IMG/VR virus record: IMGVR_UViG_3300018430_000021
Coordinates: 32,001-96,000 of that record
Source: a virus
Lineage: Duplodnaviria > Caudoviricetes
Length of the DNA: 64,000 bases
Strand: one strand, 5' to 3'
Shown: one piece after another, positions 30,635-40,317 of the stretch
Position numbering within the stretch: the stretch's first letter is position 1
Layout of the letters: each line of letters begins with the position of its first letter
Program-made: the position numbers and the translations under genes
Notes under the pieces: model-generated
Database searches by the model: none
What the model saw: the letters and a program-made list of their open reading frames with translations, nothing else
What the model was told of the DNA's origin: nothing

Positions 30635-30931
30635 ATGGTAATCAGAATTAACACTATCGAACACGATGTAGTCAAGATTCATCCGGCCCGTACCAATTCC
30701 AAGGGCGAAACGGTCTTTAACGTAACCTACAAGAACAAATACACCGGAAAAGAATTCCGTAAGCAGGTCATGCCCGGCGATACGATCGCGGCCGGAAATA
30801 TGCCTGCGATGTGCGGACATACGAAAGAAGAAATGAACGTTATCCGTGAGACCCTCCAGGAAAAACTTCTCGGTCCCGAATACATAAAGCTAAAGCGTAA
30901 GGACGGTGAGAAAATCTATACTGAAAAATAA
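30635..30931 (+). CDS. Hypothetical protein
   Basis: Own promoter and RBS. Confidence 0.75.
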   Translation: MVIRINTIEHDVVKIHPARTNSKGETVFNVTYKNKYTGKEFRKQVMPGDTIAAGNMPAMCGHTKEEMNVIRETLQEKLLGPEYIKLKRKDGEKIYTEK

Positions 30932-31028
30932 TATCAACCGGTTTGTCTGAGACAAAAATTAGAATATAACCGGTTGACAAAATCCTCCGGTTTTTCTATA
31001 TTATAAATATCAACAACAAGAGGTTAAT

Positions 31029-31394
31029 ATGAGTCGTTCCTATCGCAAAGTTTTCAAATGCCCGTGTGATTGTGTTTCTCGCGAATCGATGAAGAAATGG
31101 AAGCATAACACCAAGCAACAGCGTCGTGCACGTGAAAAGGCCCAGATGAACGGCATCATCCAGGACGAAGAAGGTTTCGACGAAGAAACGTGCACACCTA
31201 TCAAGTACCAGAAGGTGAAGGACATGAACGACTGGGCCGGTCCTCATGATGGATGGAATCGTATCGGTCCCAAGTCCGCGGAAAAGAACATCGAGGAATG
31301 GAAGAATCTCCCTGAACACCTCAAGGACATGGAACCGTCTCCGGCACAGATGGAAAAGATTGAAAAGACTCGCTACCAGTATTTTCGCAAGTAA
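31029..31394 (+). CDS. Hypothetical basic protein (MSRSYRK family), related to 37676
   Basis: MSR..WK..RR..W..P.DGWN shared. Confidence 0.75.
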   Translation: MSRSYRKVFKCPCDCVSRESMKKWKHNTKQQRRAREKAQMNGIIQDEEGFDEETCTPIKYQKVKDMNDWAGPHDGWNRIGPKSAEKNIEEWKNLPEHLKDMEPSPAQMEKIEKTRYQYFRK

Positions 31395-31473
31395 TTACTG
31401 TTAACTCCCTGATGATGAGAGACCGCTGGCAAATGGCTGGCGGTCTTTCTCTTTTATATCCTTAAATAACGCT

Positions 31474-31550
31474 CCATATTTGAGCCATAATCTTCTCTTT
31501 ATATAAGAGTAATATAATTTATCGCCCATTATAATTGAGTCTTTAAAATG
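31474..31550. repeat. 76-bp non-coding element, copy B
   Basis: CCATATTTGAG..GAGTA..GAGTCTTTAAAATG. Confidence 0.75.
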
Positions 31551-31651
31551 AGTTTCTTACACAAGTGCAGTCAAGAAAATATTTTAACTTTTGGTATTTA
31601 CAAAAAGTAAAGAACTTTCTATATTATGAACATAAACAAGAGGTTAACAAC

Positions 31652-31780
31652 ATGAATAAAGATTTCAGATATTTTGAACGCCCACATTATCAAGCTCCGG
31701 TTGAAGAACCGAAGCAACAGTTTTCTGCCCCGATGCTCATCGTCAAGAACAATGAACTTGTCGTGGAACAGAAGGTTTAA
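31652..31780 (+). CDS. Small hypothetical protein
   Basis: Own promoter and RBS. Confidence 0.65.
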   Translation: MNKDFRYFERPHYQAPVEEPKQQFSAPMLIVKNNELVVEQKV

Positions 31781-32089
31781 ATGGTCATTATCCACGGGAC
31801 AAAGATAACCAACATTGTCATTTTGGTAACCAAGATGACAAAGGTTCTCGTACAGCGTGATAGAAAGTATGATCATGACCGTCACTGTATGGTCTATACA
31901 GACAGTCTTCAACTGGTTATCCATTACCGTGACGACAAAAAGCTTAAAGGAAATCGTCACGAATGGAGCAAAGTTCTTTACGAATGGAGCAACGACGATG
32001 ACAGATGGAAGTTATATGCTTTAGCTCCGGGTGACGTTATCCAGCATAACGGGACGAGGATTACTATCCCCGACATTTCCAAGCTGTAG
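31781..32089 (+). CDS. Hypothetical protein
   Basis: Coupled to the upstream gene. Confidence 0.7.
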   Translation: MVIIHGTKITNIVILVTKMTKVLVQRDRKYDHDRHCMVYTDSLQLVIHYRDDKKLKGNRHEWSKVLYEWSNDDDRWKLYALAPGDVIQHNGTRITIPDISKL

Positions 32090-32235
32090 CGTGACGACCA
32101 AAAGGAATTCGCTTGCAAGAAACTGACCAACGACCTGATGACCCTGGTAACTCTGGAGAAAAATCTTTCTTAAAAGTCCTTTACGAATTCTTCGCGAATA
32201 ACTATATTTGAAATATCAACAAGAGGTTAATAACA

Positions 32236-32376
32236 ATGTTTTTAAATTTCCTTTCAAAAGAAGCTCGCGAAGCACTGCGAGATGCTAACGGCCTTAAGCT
32301 TCCTGAACCGGTTGTAACCGGGGTAACTCATCAGACTTTCATCCAGAACATGATTCGTAACGGGAGGAAGCGTTAA
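32236..32376 (+). CDS. Small hypothetical protein (46 aa)
   Basis: Own promoter and RBS; TAATG coupling to the next gene. Confidence 0.65.
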   Translation: MFLNFLSKEAREALRDANGLKLPEPVVTGVTHQTFIQNMIRNGRKR

Positions 32377-32819
32377 TGTTCCACATGGAGACCGTTACCA
32401 AGCCGATGACGAAGAAAGAACTTCGTGAACTGAATTACGATGCGACAGAATGCTTGTATCTTTTGCTGTGGCGTCTTTTCGACGATCAGAAGGTACAAAC
32501 TGAACTGGCCGACGAATATGCTCGTTTCGTGAAAGAAAACAACCGTATTTCCAGGCATCTGTCCGACATCATGCAGCGTGATACAAGACGCAGGGATAAG
32601 TGGTTCTGGCCGGTAAGACAAAACCCGAATACGACCAAAGAAGAAAGAATGCTCGCCTTTACCAAGTGTATCAAGGCTTTTCATTACGAGATGAAACGTT
32701 ATGAAGCCGTGCTCGCGAAGCATTTCGACAAGATTCTCAAATACTGCGAAGAAAACAAAATCGACTTGAACCAGTACAAGAACCCGCCTTACTGGCGTAA
32801 CTGGAAGGAGAAAGACTAA
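32376..32819 (+). CDS. Hypothetical protein, tandem paralog of 32819
   Basis: TKxMxxKEL, KWFWPV, TKExxxLAxTK. Confidence 0.8.
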   Translation: MFHMETVTKPMTKKELRELNYDATECLYLLLWRLFDDQKVQTELADEYARFVKENNRISRHLSDIMQRDTRRRDKWFWPVRQNPNTTKEERMLAFTKCIKAFHYEMKRYEAVLAKHFDKILKYCEENKIDLNQYKNPPYWRNWKEKD

Positions 32820-33226
32820 TGTTTTCCGAACAGAACATAACTAAGGCGATGAGTCAGAAAGAACTTATGGCCTTCGTAAGAGACATGTTTGAACATGACC
32901 TTCTACTTGACCTCCTGTGTGTCATCAAGAACGAAGACATCAAAACCAAATTTCCTGAAGAACACAAACGCCTCGAATCCGAATGGGAAAAAATCCATCA
33001 CGTGGAGATGTATATCAGCGAGGTGTGTGCACGTGTCATGGAAAAATGGTTCTGGCCTGTATATTGGAACAGTTCCAAGACCAAAGAGGACAAGCTTCTG
33101 GCATATACCAAGATGATTATGTTCAGAAAGAACCGGATGAATCGTTTGAACAAGGTTCTTTACCACCGTTATAAGAATATAGTCGATTATGGCAGGGCAA
33201 CTGGCCTGTTTGCCTCCAGGTGTTAA
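32819..33226 (+). CDS. Hypothetical protein, tandem paralog of 32376
   Basis: Same motifs. Confidence 0.8.
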   Translation: MFSEQNITKAMSQKELMAFVRDMFEHDLLLDLLCVIKNEDIKTKFPEEHKRLESEWEKIHHVEMYISEVCARVMEKWFWPVYWNSSKTKEDKLLAYTKMIMFRKNRMNRLNKVLYHRYKNIVDYGRATGLFASRC

Positions 33227-33353
33227 CCTCATGAGGGGACCAGAGGCGGGCTCGGTTAGTTCCGTCTCTGGTCGCTTGAATTTAAAATTCTTATCTTTTA
33301 CCGTTTACAATATCTTTAGAATTTTCTATATTGATAATATCAAGAGGTTAACA

Positions 33354-33488
33354 ATGAAAACAAAAAGATTTTCCACATTCGATGTCATCTTAATCACTGC
33401 ATTCCTGTTCTTCCTGTACATTACCGGTCTTTGGAAGATTGTCGCCTTAATCGTGTTCATTCTTTTTGTCTGCTGGATGATGTCGTAA
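33354..33488 (+). CDS. Small membrane protein
   Basis: Own promoter and RBS; two hydrophobic segments. Confidence 0.65.
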   Translation: MKTKRFSTFDVILITAFLFFLYITGLWKIVALIVFILFVCWMMS

Positions 33489-33874
33489 TGATTACAGTAC
33501 AGATTAAAGTCAAGTGGTATGATTATTGGACCAAGAAATATGGTCCGAAACAGCAACACTATTCTTCCATCGTGGGCGAAAACACAAAGCTTGATACAGA
33601 TGAATATGAATCCGATGGCGTATTTTGTTTGAAGGTATCTGCAGACTGGAAGGTCCAGCCAAAGGAATGGTTTAAAAACTCCGGCGGTAATAATGGCATC
33701 TATAGCGGTGCTAACTGCAGACAGTATCTTCAGTTCTGGGATGGAAAAAAGCTGTTGAAGGAATTCGAATGGAAAGAAAGGCCCGGCAAGGAAGGCTTAC
33801 TGGCCCAGAAGGTTCATATCGAGAACTGGATTAAGCAGTGCATCGAGCTCAGTAAGGTGGACATATTGAAATAA
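33488..33874 (+). CDS. Hypothetical protein (ends LSKVDILK)
   Basis: TAATG coupling. Confidence 0.7.
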   Translation: MITVQIKVKWYDYWTKKYGPKQQHYSSIVGENTKLDTDEYESDGVFCLKVSADWKVQPKEWFKNSGGNNGIYSGANCRQYLQFWDGKKLLKEFEWKERPGKEGLLAQKVHIENWIKQCIELSKVDILK

Positions 33875-33946
33875 AATTTATTTCTTTTCCACTTTACAAC
33901 TTCCAAATAATTTCCTATATTATAAGCATCAACAAGAGAGGTTATT

Positions 33947-34360
33947 ATGGCAAAGATTGATTTGACAAAGTATGAACGACAGATTGACCAGCTGGTTGAT
34001 GAAGCTATTGACTGCGTAACGACGAATGCTCTCGGAATTAAGGGTGATATAGAAGATTCTCAAATTAAAGACTACAACGAGGTTTATCAACAGATTCAAG
34101 ACTATCTGGCCGAGAAGTGGCACAAGGCTAAGGTCGAACGTGAAATGAAGATTAAGCTGGCCAAGGTCGAGCAGGATGTGAAAGAAAATCTCAAGACCCG
34201 TGCAGAAGATGGTATCGTTTCGTTCCGTTCGACTGAAGAAGCTCTTAAGGCTGAAAAGCTTTTGAAAGATAAAGGCTATGAAACCAAGATGTATTGGGAC
34301 CGTGGCTGGGAAAATGTCGAATACTGGATTAACTGGAAGACAGGAAAGTTGAACAAATAA
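33947..34360 (+). CDS. Hypothetical protein
   Basis: Own promoter and RBS. Confidence 0.8.
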   Translation: MAKIDLTKYERQIDQLVDEAIDCVTTNALGIKGDIEDSQIKDYNEVYQQIQDYLAEKWHKAKVEREMKIKLAKVEQDVKENLKTRAEDGIVSFRSTEEALKAEKLLKDKGYETKMYWDRGWENVEYWINWKTGKLNK

Positions 34361-34431
34361 AATTCTTCTTTTCCACTTTACAACTTCCAAATAATTTCCT
34401 ATATTATAAGCATCAACAAGAGGTTAACAAC

Positions 34432-34848
34432 ATGAAAACTTTCAACATCATCGCCAAAATCAAGAATATCTTCGCAAAGAAAGACTATACCGCTCTTCAG
34501 GTCGAAAACTTCGAAGAACACGGGTATGACCTGAAACTCTTGCGAGAAGGAAAGACTGTCTGGAAGGGCCAGCTCTGCAATACACGAGTCTGTTACGATT
34601 GTCATCTGGCTAAAAAGGCCATTGGGTTCTCTGACCGTCGCCAACCGAACATCAATACGAACTTTACCATGTTCTGGTGTGGAACCCCGGGTGCCGCGAC
34701 CGATACGATTGTTATCGGTAACTGGAGTCTTAACCTCGGAAGCTATCCGAAGGATAAGGTCGTGGAAATTCTTCGCAAGCACATCCCGGCGGACAACTTC
34801 TTCTCCGAACACGACAACGATTCTATCGAACGAGCTTTCAAAGTATAA
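34432..34848 (+). CDS. Hypothetical protein
   Basis: Own promoter and RBS. Confidence 0.8.
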   Translation: MKTFNIIAKIKNIFAKKDYTALQVENFEEHGYDLKLLREGKTVWKGQLCNTRVCYDCHLAKKAIGFSDRRQPNINTNFTMFWCGTPGAATDTIVIGNWSLNLGSYPKDKVVEILRKHIPADNFFSEHDNDSIERAFKV

Positions 34849-34966
34849 CGTTAACCTCGAGACCTTCGGGTTGGTCTAGGCTGGCCCGAAGGTTTTTTCT
34901 CTTCTTTTTATGTTGACATCTTCTGGATATTTTTCTATATTATGAATATCATCAAGAGGTTAACAT

Positions 34967-35458
34967 ATGAAAAACAATCAAATCAACATTTTCGAACTCA
35001 TCTCCAGAATCAACGACGATTACGGTAATATCGTTTATATCGCTCGTAGTTTCCCTTCTGTCGACGTGAAGATCGTTGACGACAAGGACAACACCAAGGT
35101 CGTTATCAGGTCTTATGACTCTAACAACAGTGAATCTCCGGTTGGTAACTTGACTATTACATGGAACGACAAAGAATCTCGTCCTAAATATCATCTGGTC
35201 GGTTACACGGAACAGACTTCGGACGGTGAAACAACCAAGTACGACGATTTGGACTGGAAAGACGTTGACTTGTACACTGTTATCGGTCAGGTCATATCTG
35301 TTCTTTCTCCGGGTGACGAACCGAATGGTGACGATGATCCGGAAAACTGGGAATCTGGTATGAACCCGGATGAATACCTCCAGGATTGTGTAAACAATCG
35401 TACCGGAATCTACAAGGGAATCAACTCCAAGACTGTTCTCTCGACCCCGTGGAACTAA
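34967..35458 (+). CDS. Hypothetical acidic protein
   Basis: Own promoter and RBS. Confidence 0.8.
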   Translation: MKNNQINIFELISRINDDYGNIVYIARSFPSVDVKIVDDKDNTKVVIRSYDSNNSESPVGNLTITWNDKESRPKYHLVGYTEQTSDGETTKYDDLDWKDVDLYTVIGQVISVLSPGDEPNGDDDPENWESGMNPDEYLQDCVNNRTGIYKGINSKTVLSTPWN

Positions 35459-35558
35459 AGAAAAGAACCGGGGAAACCCGGTTTATTTTTCTCTTCTTTT
35501 TATGTTTACATCTTCTGGATATTTTTCTATATTATGAATATCAACAAGAGGTTAACAT

Positions 35559-35909
35559 ATGAACGAAATTAAACTTGACTGTCATTCCATGGAAAACCAG
35601 ATTCTTTCGCTTCAGGAAGAGATGAATCGTTTAAAACACAAGGGCGAGGTGGTTATCGCCATTCCCGAAATCAACGAGATGAATCCGCTTGTATTCCTGG
35701 ACATGGCCGACATCGAGAAGCGGGGTAGACATTGGTCGGTAACTTTACAGTTCGATAAGTGCTATGCACGAATCGTCGACAACTGCCGAATCCTGTTCGT
35801 ACACTTCGATGATTACTACATGGGCGGACGTAGAGAAGAACTCGTACCGTACCACAGCGACGAAGAACTTGTCGAAGAGTTCAAGAAGCATGTCGAATTC
35901 CTCAAGTAA
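35559..35909 (+). CDS. Hypothetical protein
   Basis: Own promoter and RBS. Confidence 0.75.
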   Translation: MNEIKLDCHSMENQILSLQEEMNRLKHKGEVVIAIPEINEMNPLVFLDMADIEKRGRHWSVTLQFDKCYARIVDNCRILFVHFDDYYMGGRREELVPYHSDEELVEEFKKHVEFLK

Positions 35910-36035
35910 GGGGGTTTACAGATTGGGCACATTTTTCTATATTTGTGCCCGTCTGAAATAAAATTCCTAAATAATCTTCTTTACAAGATTTGCGGAATTT
36001 TCTATATTATGAACATAACAAAAAGGAATTAACAA

Positions 36036-36395
36036 ATGAAAAAAATCATCATCTTCGCTCTTCTCATCGTTTCTATCGCTTTCGCTTCTGAAACCGACAA
36101 GGGAATCGTAAACGTTACCAAGAACAAGTACGGGACTGAAATGTCCTTCTGGCCGAATACGAGCCTCGAAGGTATCGGCCATGTCTATTCCATCGTGTTG
36201 AACGATTGCGAAGGTTTCAAGTCGGTGGAAATCAAGTTCATGGACGGAACCGTCCAGTATTACTCTTTCGACGAGGAAAAGATGCCTTCTGTTACAACCA
36301 AGTCCGAAGACAGGGTTCTTTCCTGGGAATCTCTTACCTTGCCGAAGTTTATGAAGGAATGGAATCGTTACCTGTCATTCTTCAAGAACGTGTAA
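36036..36395 (+). CDS. Exported protein with Sec signal peptide
   Basis: MKKIIIFALLIVSIAFA-S cleavage site. Confidence 0.75.
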   Translation: MKKIIIFALLIVSIAFASETDKGIVNVTKNKYGTEMSFWPNTSLEGIGHVYSIVLNDCEGFKSVEIKFMDGTVQYYSFDEEKMPSVTTKSEDRVLSWESLTLPKFMKEWNRYLSFFKNV

Positions 36396-36487
36396 GTTTA
36401 GCTTAACCTCGATGATGGACCGCTGGGCATGGGCGCCTGGCGGTCTTTTTCATTTTATACTCATATATTTTCTATCTTATATTCACT

Positions 36488-36563
36488 CCATATTTGAGTT
36501 GTGGAGAGAGTTTTATAATAGAGTAAGATGTTTATACTCGTTATAAAAAGAGTCTTTAAAATG
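36488..36563. repeat. 76-bp non-coding element, copy C
   Basis: CCATATTTGAG..GAGTA..GAGTCTTTAAAATG. Confidence 0.75.
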
Positions 36564-36664
36564 ATTTTCTTTCGTGAGTCCATACAAGAAAAATTCTTAT
36601 ATTTTCTAGTTGACAAAAACCAAATCTTTTTCTATATTATAAGTATCAACAAGAGAGGTTAACA

Positions 36665-36961
36665 ATGTCAAGAGCACGTCATGCAGTCAAACGTTTCACG
36701 CCGGACTTCTGCTGTGAAGCACATATCATCGCATACAGCGGTTTGTTCGGAAAAGAAATCCATCAGACATTGACAGTCTACGGTGACTATGCCGACAACG
36801 AACGGGCGAAGAAGATGCTCAAGCTGAAGATGGAACGGAAGATAAAGAAAGAATATCCGGGCTTCCGCAGTTACGTTTCCTGCAAGTTCTACAAGCATAT
36901 CAAGGGAATGTTCGGTTTCTGCTTCGGCGATAAAGAAGGCGTCGATTACGAGGAGATTTAA
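36665..36961 (+). CDS. Hypothetical protein
   Basis: Own promoter and RBS. Confidence 0.75.
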   Translation: MSRARHAVKRFTPDFCCEAHIIAYSGLFGKEIHQTLTVYGDYADNERAKKMLKLKMERKIKKEYPGFRSYVSCKFYKHIKGMFGFCFGDKEGVDYEEI

Positions 36962-37350
36962 TGATACCAGAATATATGATGACACGCGAAGAACGTTACC
37001 ATTATCAAATGGAAATGGAAGAAAGAGAAAATTCTGAACGCATCAAAGATCTTTCTGTCGATTATTCATCTATCAAGGAAGAAATCAAGAAACTTAACGA
37101 TGAATTTGACACACTCAAGACATATATCAGCGATGTTGTTTATTACCCCGCGGTAAACGTTCGCGATCCAAAGATCGAAATTAAACGCGAAGCACGTCAA
37201 TGGGCTGCAGTTTTTACATTCGGTAATCGTAGAGCTTATATCTACACAACTGGCGTAGTCAAGTTTATCAACTCAAAAGGTAATGAAAAACGTGTTAAAT
37301 TCAAAACCCGTGGTGAATTAAAGGATGCATTCATCAGAGAGTATAAATGA
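36961..37350 (+). CDS. Hypothetical protein
   Basis: Translationally coupled. Confidence 0.75.
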   Translation: MIPEYMMTREERYHYQMEMEERENSERIKDLSVDYSSIKEEIKKLNDEFDTLKTYISDVVYYPAVNVRDPKIEIKREARQWAAVFTFGNRRAYIYTTGVVKFINSKGNEKRVKFKTRGELKDAFIREYK

Positions 37351-37643
37351 GTAAGTTCATCATCGTGAATCCCAAGACCGGGAAACCGGTCCAGATTAAC
37401 GGCTATGTGAACAAGATCCGTAAGCTCGGGGAAGTAACCACCGACAAGAATGGCCAGCCCTGTCTGAACTTTATCCGCGTCTGTGACTGTTACGGCCCGA
37501 AAGGTTACATTTCCGGTGCTTATACTGTATTGGTCGAGGGCCAGACTAAAGGAATCAAGCCTGATACAGTAGAGAAGCTTAACCAGGTTCGCGAGCAGAT
37601 CTGGAAAAAACTTATAGAAAAGAACGGCTTACAATCCCTGTAG
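37347..37643 (+). CDS. Hypothetical protein
   Basis: ATGA overlap. Confidence 0.75.
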   Translation: MSKFIIVNPKTGKPVQINGYVNKIRKLGEVTTDKNGQPCLNFIRVCDCYGPKGYISGAYTVLVEGQTKGIKPDTVEKLNQVREQIWKKLIEKNGLQSL

Positions 37644-37675
37644 GTTTTTCTATATTTTAATCAAGAGGTTAAAAC

Positions 37676-37903
37676 ATGAGCAGACAACGCAGTAATCAAT
37701 CCGAATGGAAACGTGACTGTAACCGTTCCCAGCGCCGTTCCAACAAGCAAACGCTTACTTCTATGGACAAAGAGAACGATGACCCGAAAGTAATCAACCA
37801 TTACAAGGAAACGAGACGGGGAGACATCTGGTGCTCGCCTAACGACGGATGGAACTGGCGCCGTGGCCGTGGACACGATAAGAAAAAGCCCTGGAGAGAC
37901 TAA
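37676..37903 (+). CDS. Small basic protein related to 31029
   Basis: DIWCSPNDGWN. Confidence 0.7.
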   Translation: MSRQRSNQSEWKRDCNRSQRRSNKQTLTSMDKENDDPKVINHYKETRRGDIWCSPNDGWNWRRGRGHDKKKPWRD

Positions 37904-38232
37904 TGAACAAGTTCGAAGCAAGAAACGTAGCAAGCGAAAACGGCTGGAATGAATGGGGAACCAATCCCAAGTTCTGTGTAAAAGTTCCAGAAGGTAATCT
38001 TCGCGTACATATTCAAATCGGGTATGAACTGAGCTTTGATAATTCGTCAGATGATGAAGTCAGTCTGGTGATGGAAATTCATAAGCCGAGCTCCGCCCAT
38101 CCGCCTGTAGCCAGCCGCAGATGCTGTCTCCGGTACATGGATGAATCCTACTTCAAGAACTGGCTAGAATCCGAATCCAGAGAACTCCTCGAAATCGGCC
38201 AGAACCAGAGCAGAAAGGGAGAACTCCCGTAA
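37903..38232 (+). CDS. Hypothetical protein
   Basis: TAATG coupling. Confidence 0.75.
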   Translation: MNKFEARNVASENGWNEWGTNPKFCVKVPEGNLRVHIQIGYELSFDNSSDDEVSLVMEIHKPSSAHPPVASRRCCLRYMDESYFKNWLESESRELLEIGQNQSRKGELP

Positions 38233-38307
38233 GGTTTATTTCTAACCTTTCTTGTTTACGTTTACTGTATGGATTGCTATATTATAAACATAACAAGAGA
38301 GGTTAGC

Positions 38308-38415
38308 ATGGACTTAAATATTCTTTCTATCGCACTGATGTTCGCAGCTGTCGTCTACGGTGTTCGTGTCGCGAACCAGGAATTTGACGAGGCCGAAAAG
38401 AACAGGACAAAATAG
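38308..38415 (+). CDS. Small membrane peptide (35 aa)
   Basis: Own promoter and RBS. Confidence 0.6.
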   Translation: MDLNILSIALMFAAVVYGVRVANQEFDEAEKNRTK

Positions 38416-38461
38416 CGAAAAGCCTCCGTTGATTCTTATATATAAGGCAATGGAGGTTCAT

Positions 38462-38617
38462 ATGGATTATGAAGAAGCTTATAACCGCCTGTTAGAGAAC
38501 GAGATCGCGACGTCCGAAGAAATAGAACTCGTTACAGAAATCAACGGAAAGAACATCGGTACGTTAACTGATATTCTCTTCGCGAGAACTGGCTCAAAGG
38601 ACTTTAACGAAATCTAG
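38462..38617 (+). CDS. Small acidic protein
   Basis: GGAGG RBS. Confidence 0.65.
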   Translation: MDYEEAYNRLLENEIATSEEIELVTEINGKNIGTLTDILFARTGSKDFNEI

Positions 38618-38676
38618 TTCTTTTTCAGGCACGAGAGGCGAGGAGTAAAATCCTCGTCCTTTTCGTACCCAGAAGC

Positions 38677-38684
38677 TATAAATA
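38677..38684 (+). promoter_or_regulatory. T4-type late promoter TATAAATA
   Basis: Exact consensus 4 nt before ATG 38689. Confidence 0.6.
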
Positions 38685-38688
38685 ACGC

Positions 38689-39159
38689 ATGAAGAATCCA
38701 ATCATTGTCAATCCCGACGCCAACCCAGAACTGGCCAGCTATCTGGCCGATATAGTAAAAGACTTTACCAGTTCTTTCCCCTGCACAAGAGATAACTGTG
38801 CACATATCAATCGCGAGCTTATGACCCAGCTCATAATGGAAGGAGAAACCCCCAAGCTGATTTATGGCCTGTACCGGGTAGATTCCTACCTCGGCTGGCT
38901 GGATGAGGACGATTTCACTGACGAGGAACTGGCCCAGATAGAAAAAGAATACGGTGGTAATAACCGCCACAGTCTGGAGGCATTCGTCCGCTCGCTACCA
39001 GAAAACGAACAGGAACAGTACCTGTATATTCCGCACTGGTTCTTACTCCTGGACGGTTTAATTCTGGACGCAGCTTCTGATATGTTCCAGCTTAAGGATA
39101 ATATCAAAAACAGTCCGGACCGTTACTATAGCGAGACTATGGAGCCGATACTGGACTAG
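38689..39159 (+). CDS. Putative papain/transglutaminase-fold protein
   Basis: DNCAH..PHWFL..LILD, a possible Cys-His-Asp triad. Confidence 0.5.
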   Translation: MKNPIIVNPDANPELASYLADIVKDFTSSFPCTRDNCAHINRELMTQLIMEGETPKLIYGLYRVDSYLGWLDEDDFTDEELAQIEKEYGGNNRHSLEAFVRSLPENEQEQYLYIPHWFLLLDGLILDAASDMFQLKDNIKNSPDRYYSETMEPILD

Positions 39160-39788
39160 TTATAGTCATAGTAGTATTTTTTACCGATTTCTTTACTGAG
39201 CCCGTAATCGACAATTACGGGCTTATAATCTATCATCCCGTACTGTTCAGAGCCGAACTCACAAAGGTCGTCACAGTCGAGGTCCGTAGCTAACAGCCGG
39301 TGAAGATTCTGGCCGAAGTCAGTAGCTAGAAACCGGCTATAGGCTGTTTCTATCAGATTCGGTGGCTTATTCCCGTCTGAAGCAAATAACCGGCCGATAC
39401 TGTCACCGATTTGTGTAGGTGATAGCTTAATCTGGTCCGATAGCTGGAGCCAGAACCTGTCATCAAATCTTTTCGCCCGCCGGGACCTAATCCAGCATCC
39501 GTCGCTGGCACAGTCCAGAACCTGGTTCAGGACCGGATTCTGCTGTTCGCTGTAAAAGCTGTCCTCGAACAGGTTCTGTTCCTGGCCCGGTCTGTTCCTG
39601 GCCAGTTTTAGCACCGACTCGTCGTCTACAGCCAGAACTATCCGGCCAGAACCTCGACCGATAAGTTTCAGCCGGTACTTACTGGACAGTTCCTTAACGA
39701 ACTGGTTCAGGTGATTGCTCGTCCTGTGCGGGTGCTGGAAGATTCTGTTCCGCGAATAGAACTGTTCTATTTCTTTCTCTATTTCCAT
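39156..39788 (-). CDS. Protein kinase-like fold protein
   Basis: LIGRGSGRIV glycine loop, VLKLA, QN..E, DDL, PVIVDYG. Confidence 0.6.
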   Translation of the reverse strand: MEIEKEIEQFYSRNRIFQHPHRTSNHLNQFVKELSSKYRLKLIGRGSGRIVLAVDDESVLKLARNRPGQEQNLFEDSFYSEQQNPVLNQVLDCASDGCWIRSRRAKRFDDRFWLQLSDQIKLSPTQIGDSIGRLFASDGNKPPNLIETAYSRFLATDFGQNLHRLLATDLDCDDLCEFGSEQYGMIDYKPVIVDYGLSKEIGKKYYYDYN

Positions 39789-39967
39789 CGCTGGTGATTC
39801 TTATAATCGTGCTCCGCTAACAGTTCATCGAATTCGGCGAGAAGCTTTGGCAACTGGTACTGGCGATAGTTACTGTCCTTTTCCTGGTCCCGTTGCCTGT
39901 TGTACCAGCGTTTGACAGCGAATATAACCACCAGGCCGATAATGACGACTGTTATGAATCCTAACAT
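39779..39967 (-). CDS. Small membrane protein
   Basis: N-terminal TM; minus-strand promoter and RBS. Confidence 0.7.
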   Translation of the reverse strand: MLGFITVVIIGLVVIFAVKRWYNRQRDQEKDSNYRQYQLPKLLAEFDELLAEHDYKNHQRWK

Positions 39968-40068
39968 TTATTACCTCTCGATACTGGCTATAATATAGCA
40001 ACAGTTCTCGCTTTCGTAAATAGGAAAAGGCCAGGATTTTACTCCCGGCCTTCCCGTATCGAGGTTAA

Positions 40069-40317
40069 CTAAACGCTTCCTTCCATCGATTTCATCCGGA
40101 CGTTATCCTCGGTCTCCGAAGCGAAACCCATGACGTAGTTTAACGCTTCGCCGTTTTCCGACTCGAAATGAATCGCATTCCCACGTTTTTCGTACCGTAC
40201 GAGGTCTATGTCCCCGTTATGTTCCGGATGTAGATTCCGATTGCGAAAGTCGTCGAGACCGGCCAGTTCATCGTAGGCTGCGTCTTCCGACGTATAGACG
40301 ATAAATCCCTTGAGCAT
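40069..40317 (-). CDS. Hypothetical protein
   Basis: Coupled to 40574. Confidence 0.7.
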   Translation of the reverse strand: MLKGFIVYTSEDAAYDELAGLDDFRNRNLHPEHNGDIDLVRYEKRGNAIHFESENGEALNYVMGFASETEDNVRMKSMEGSV

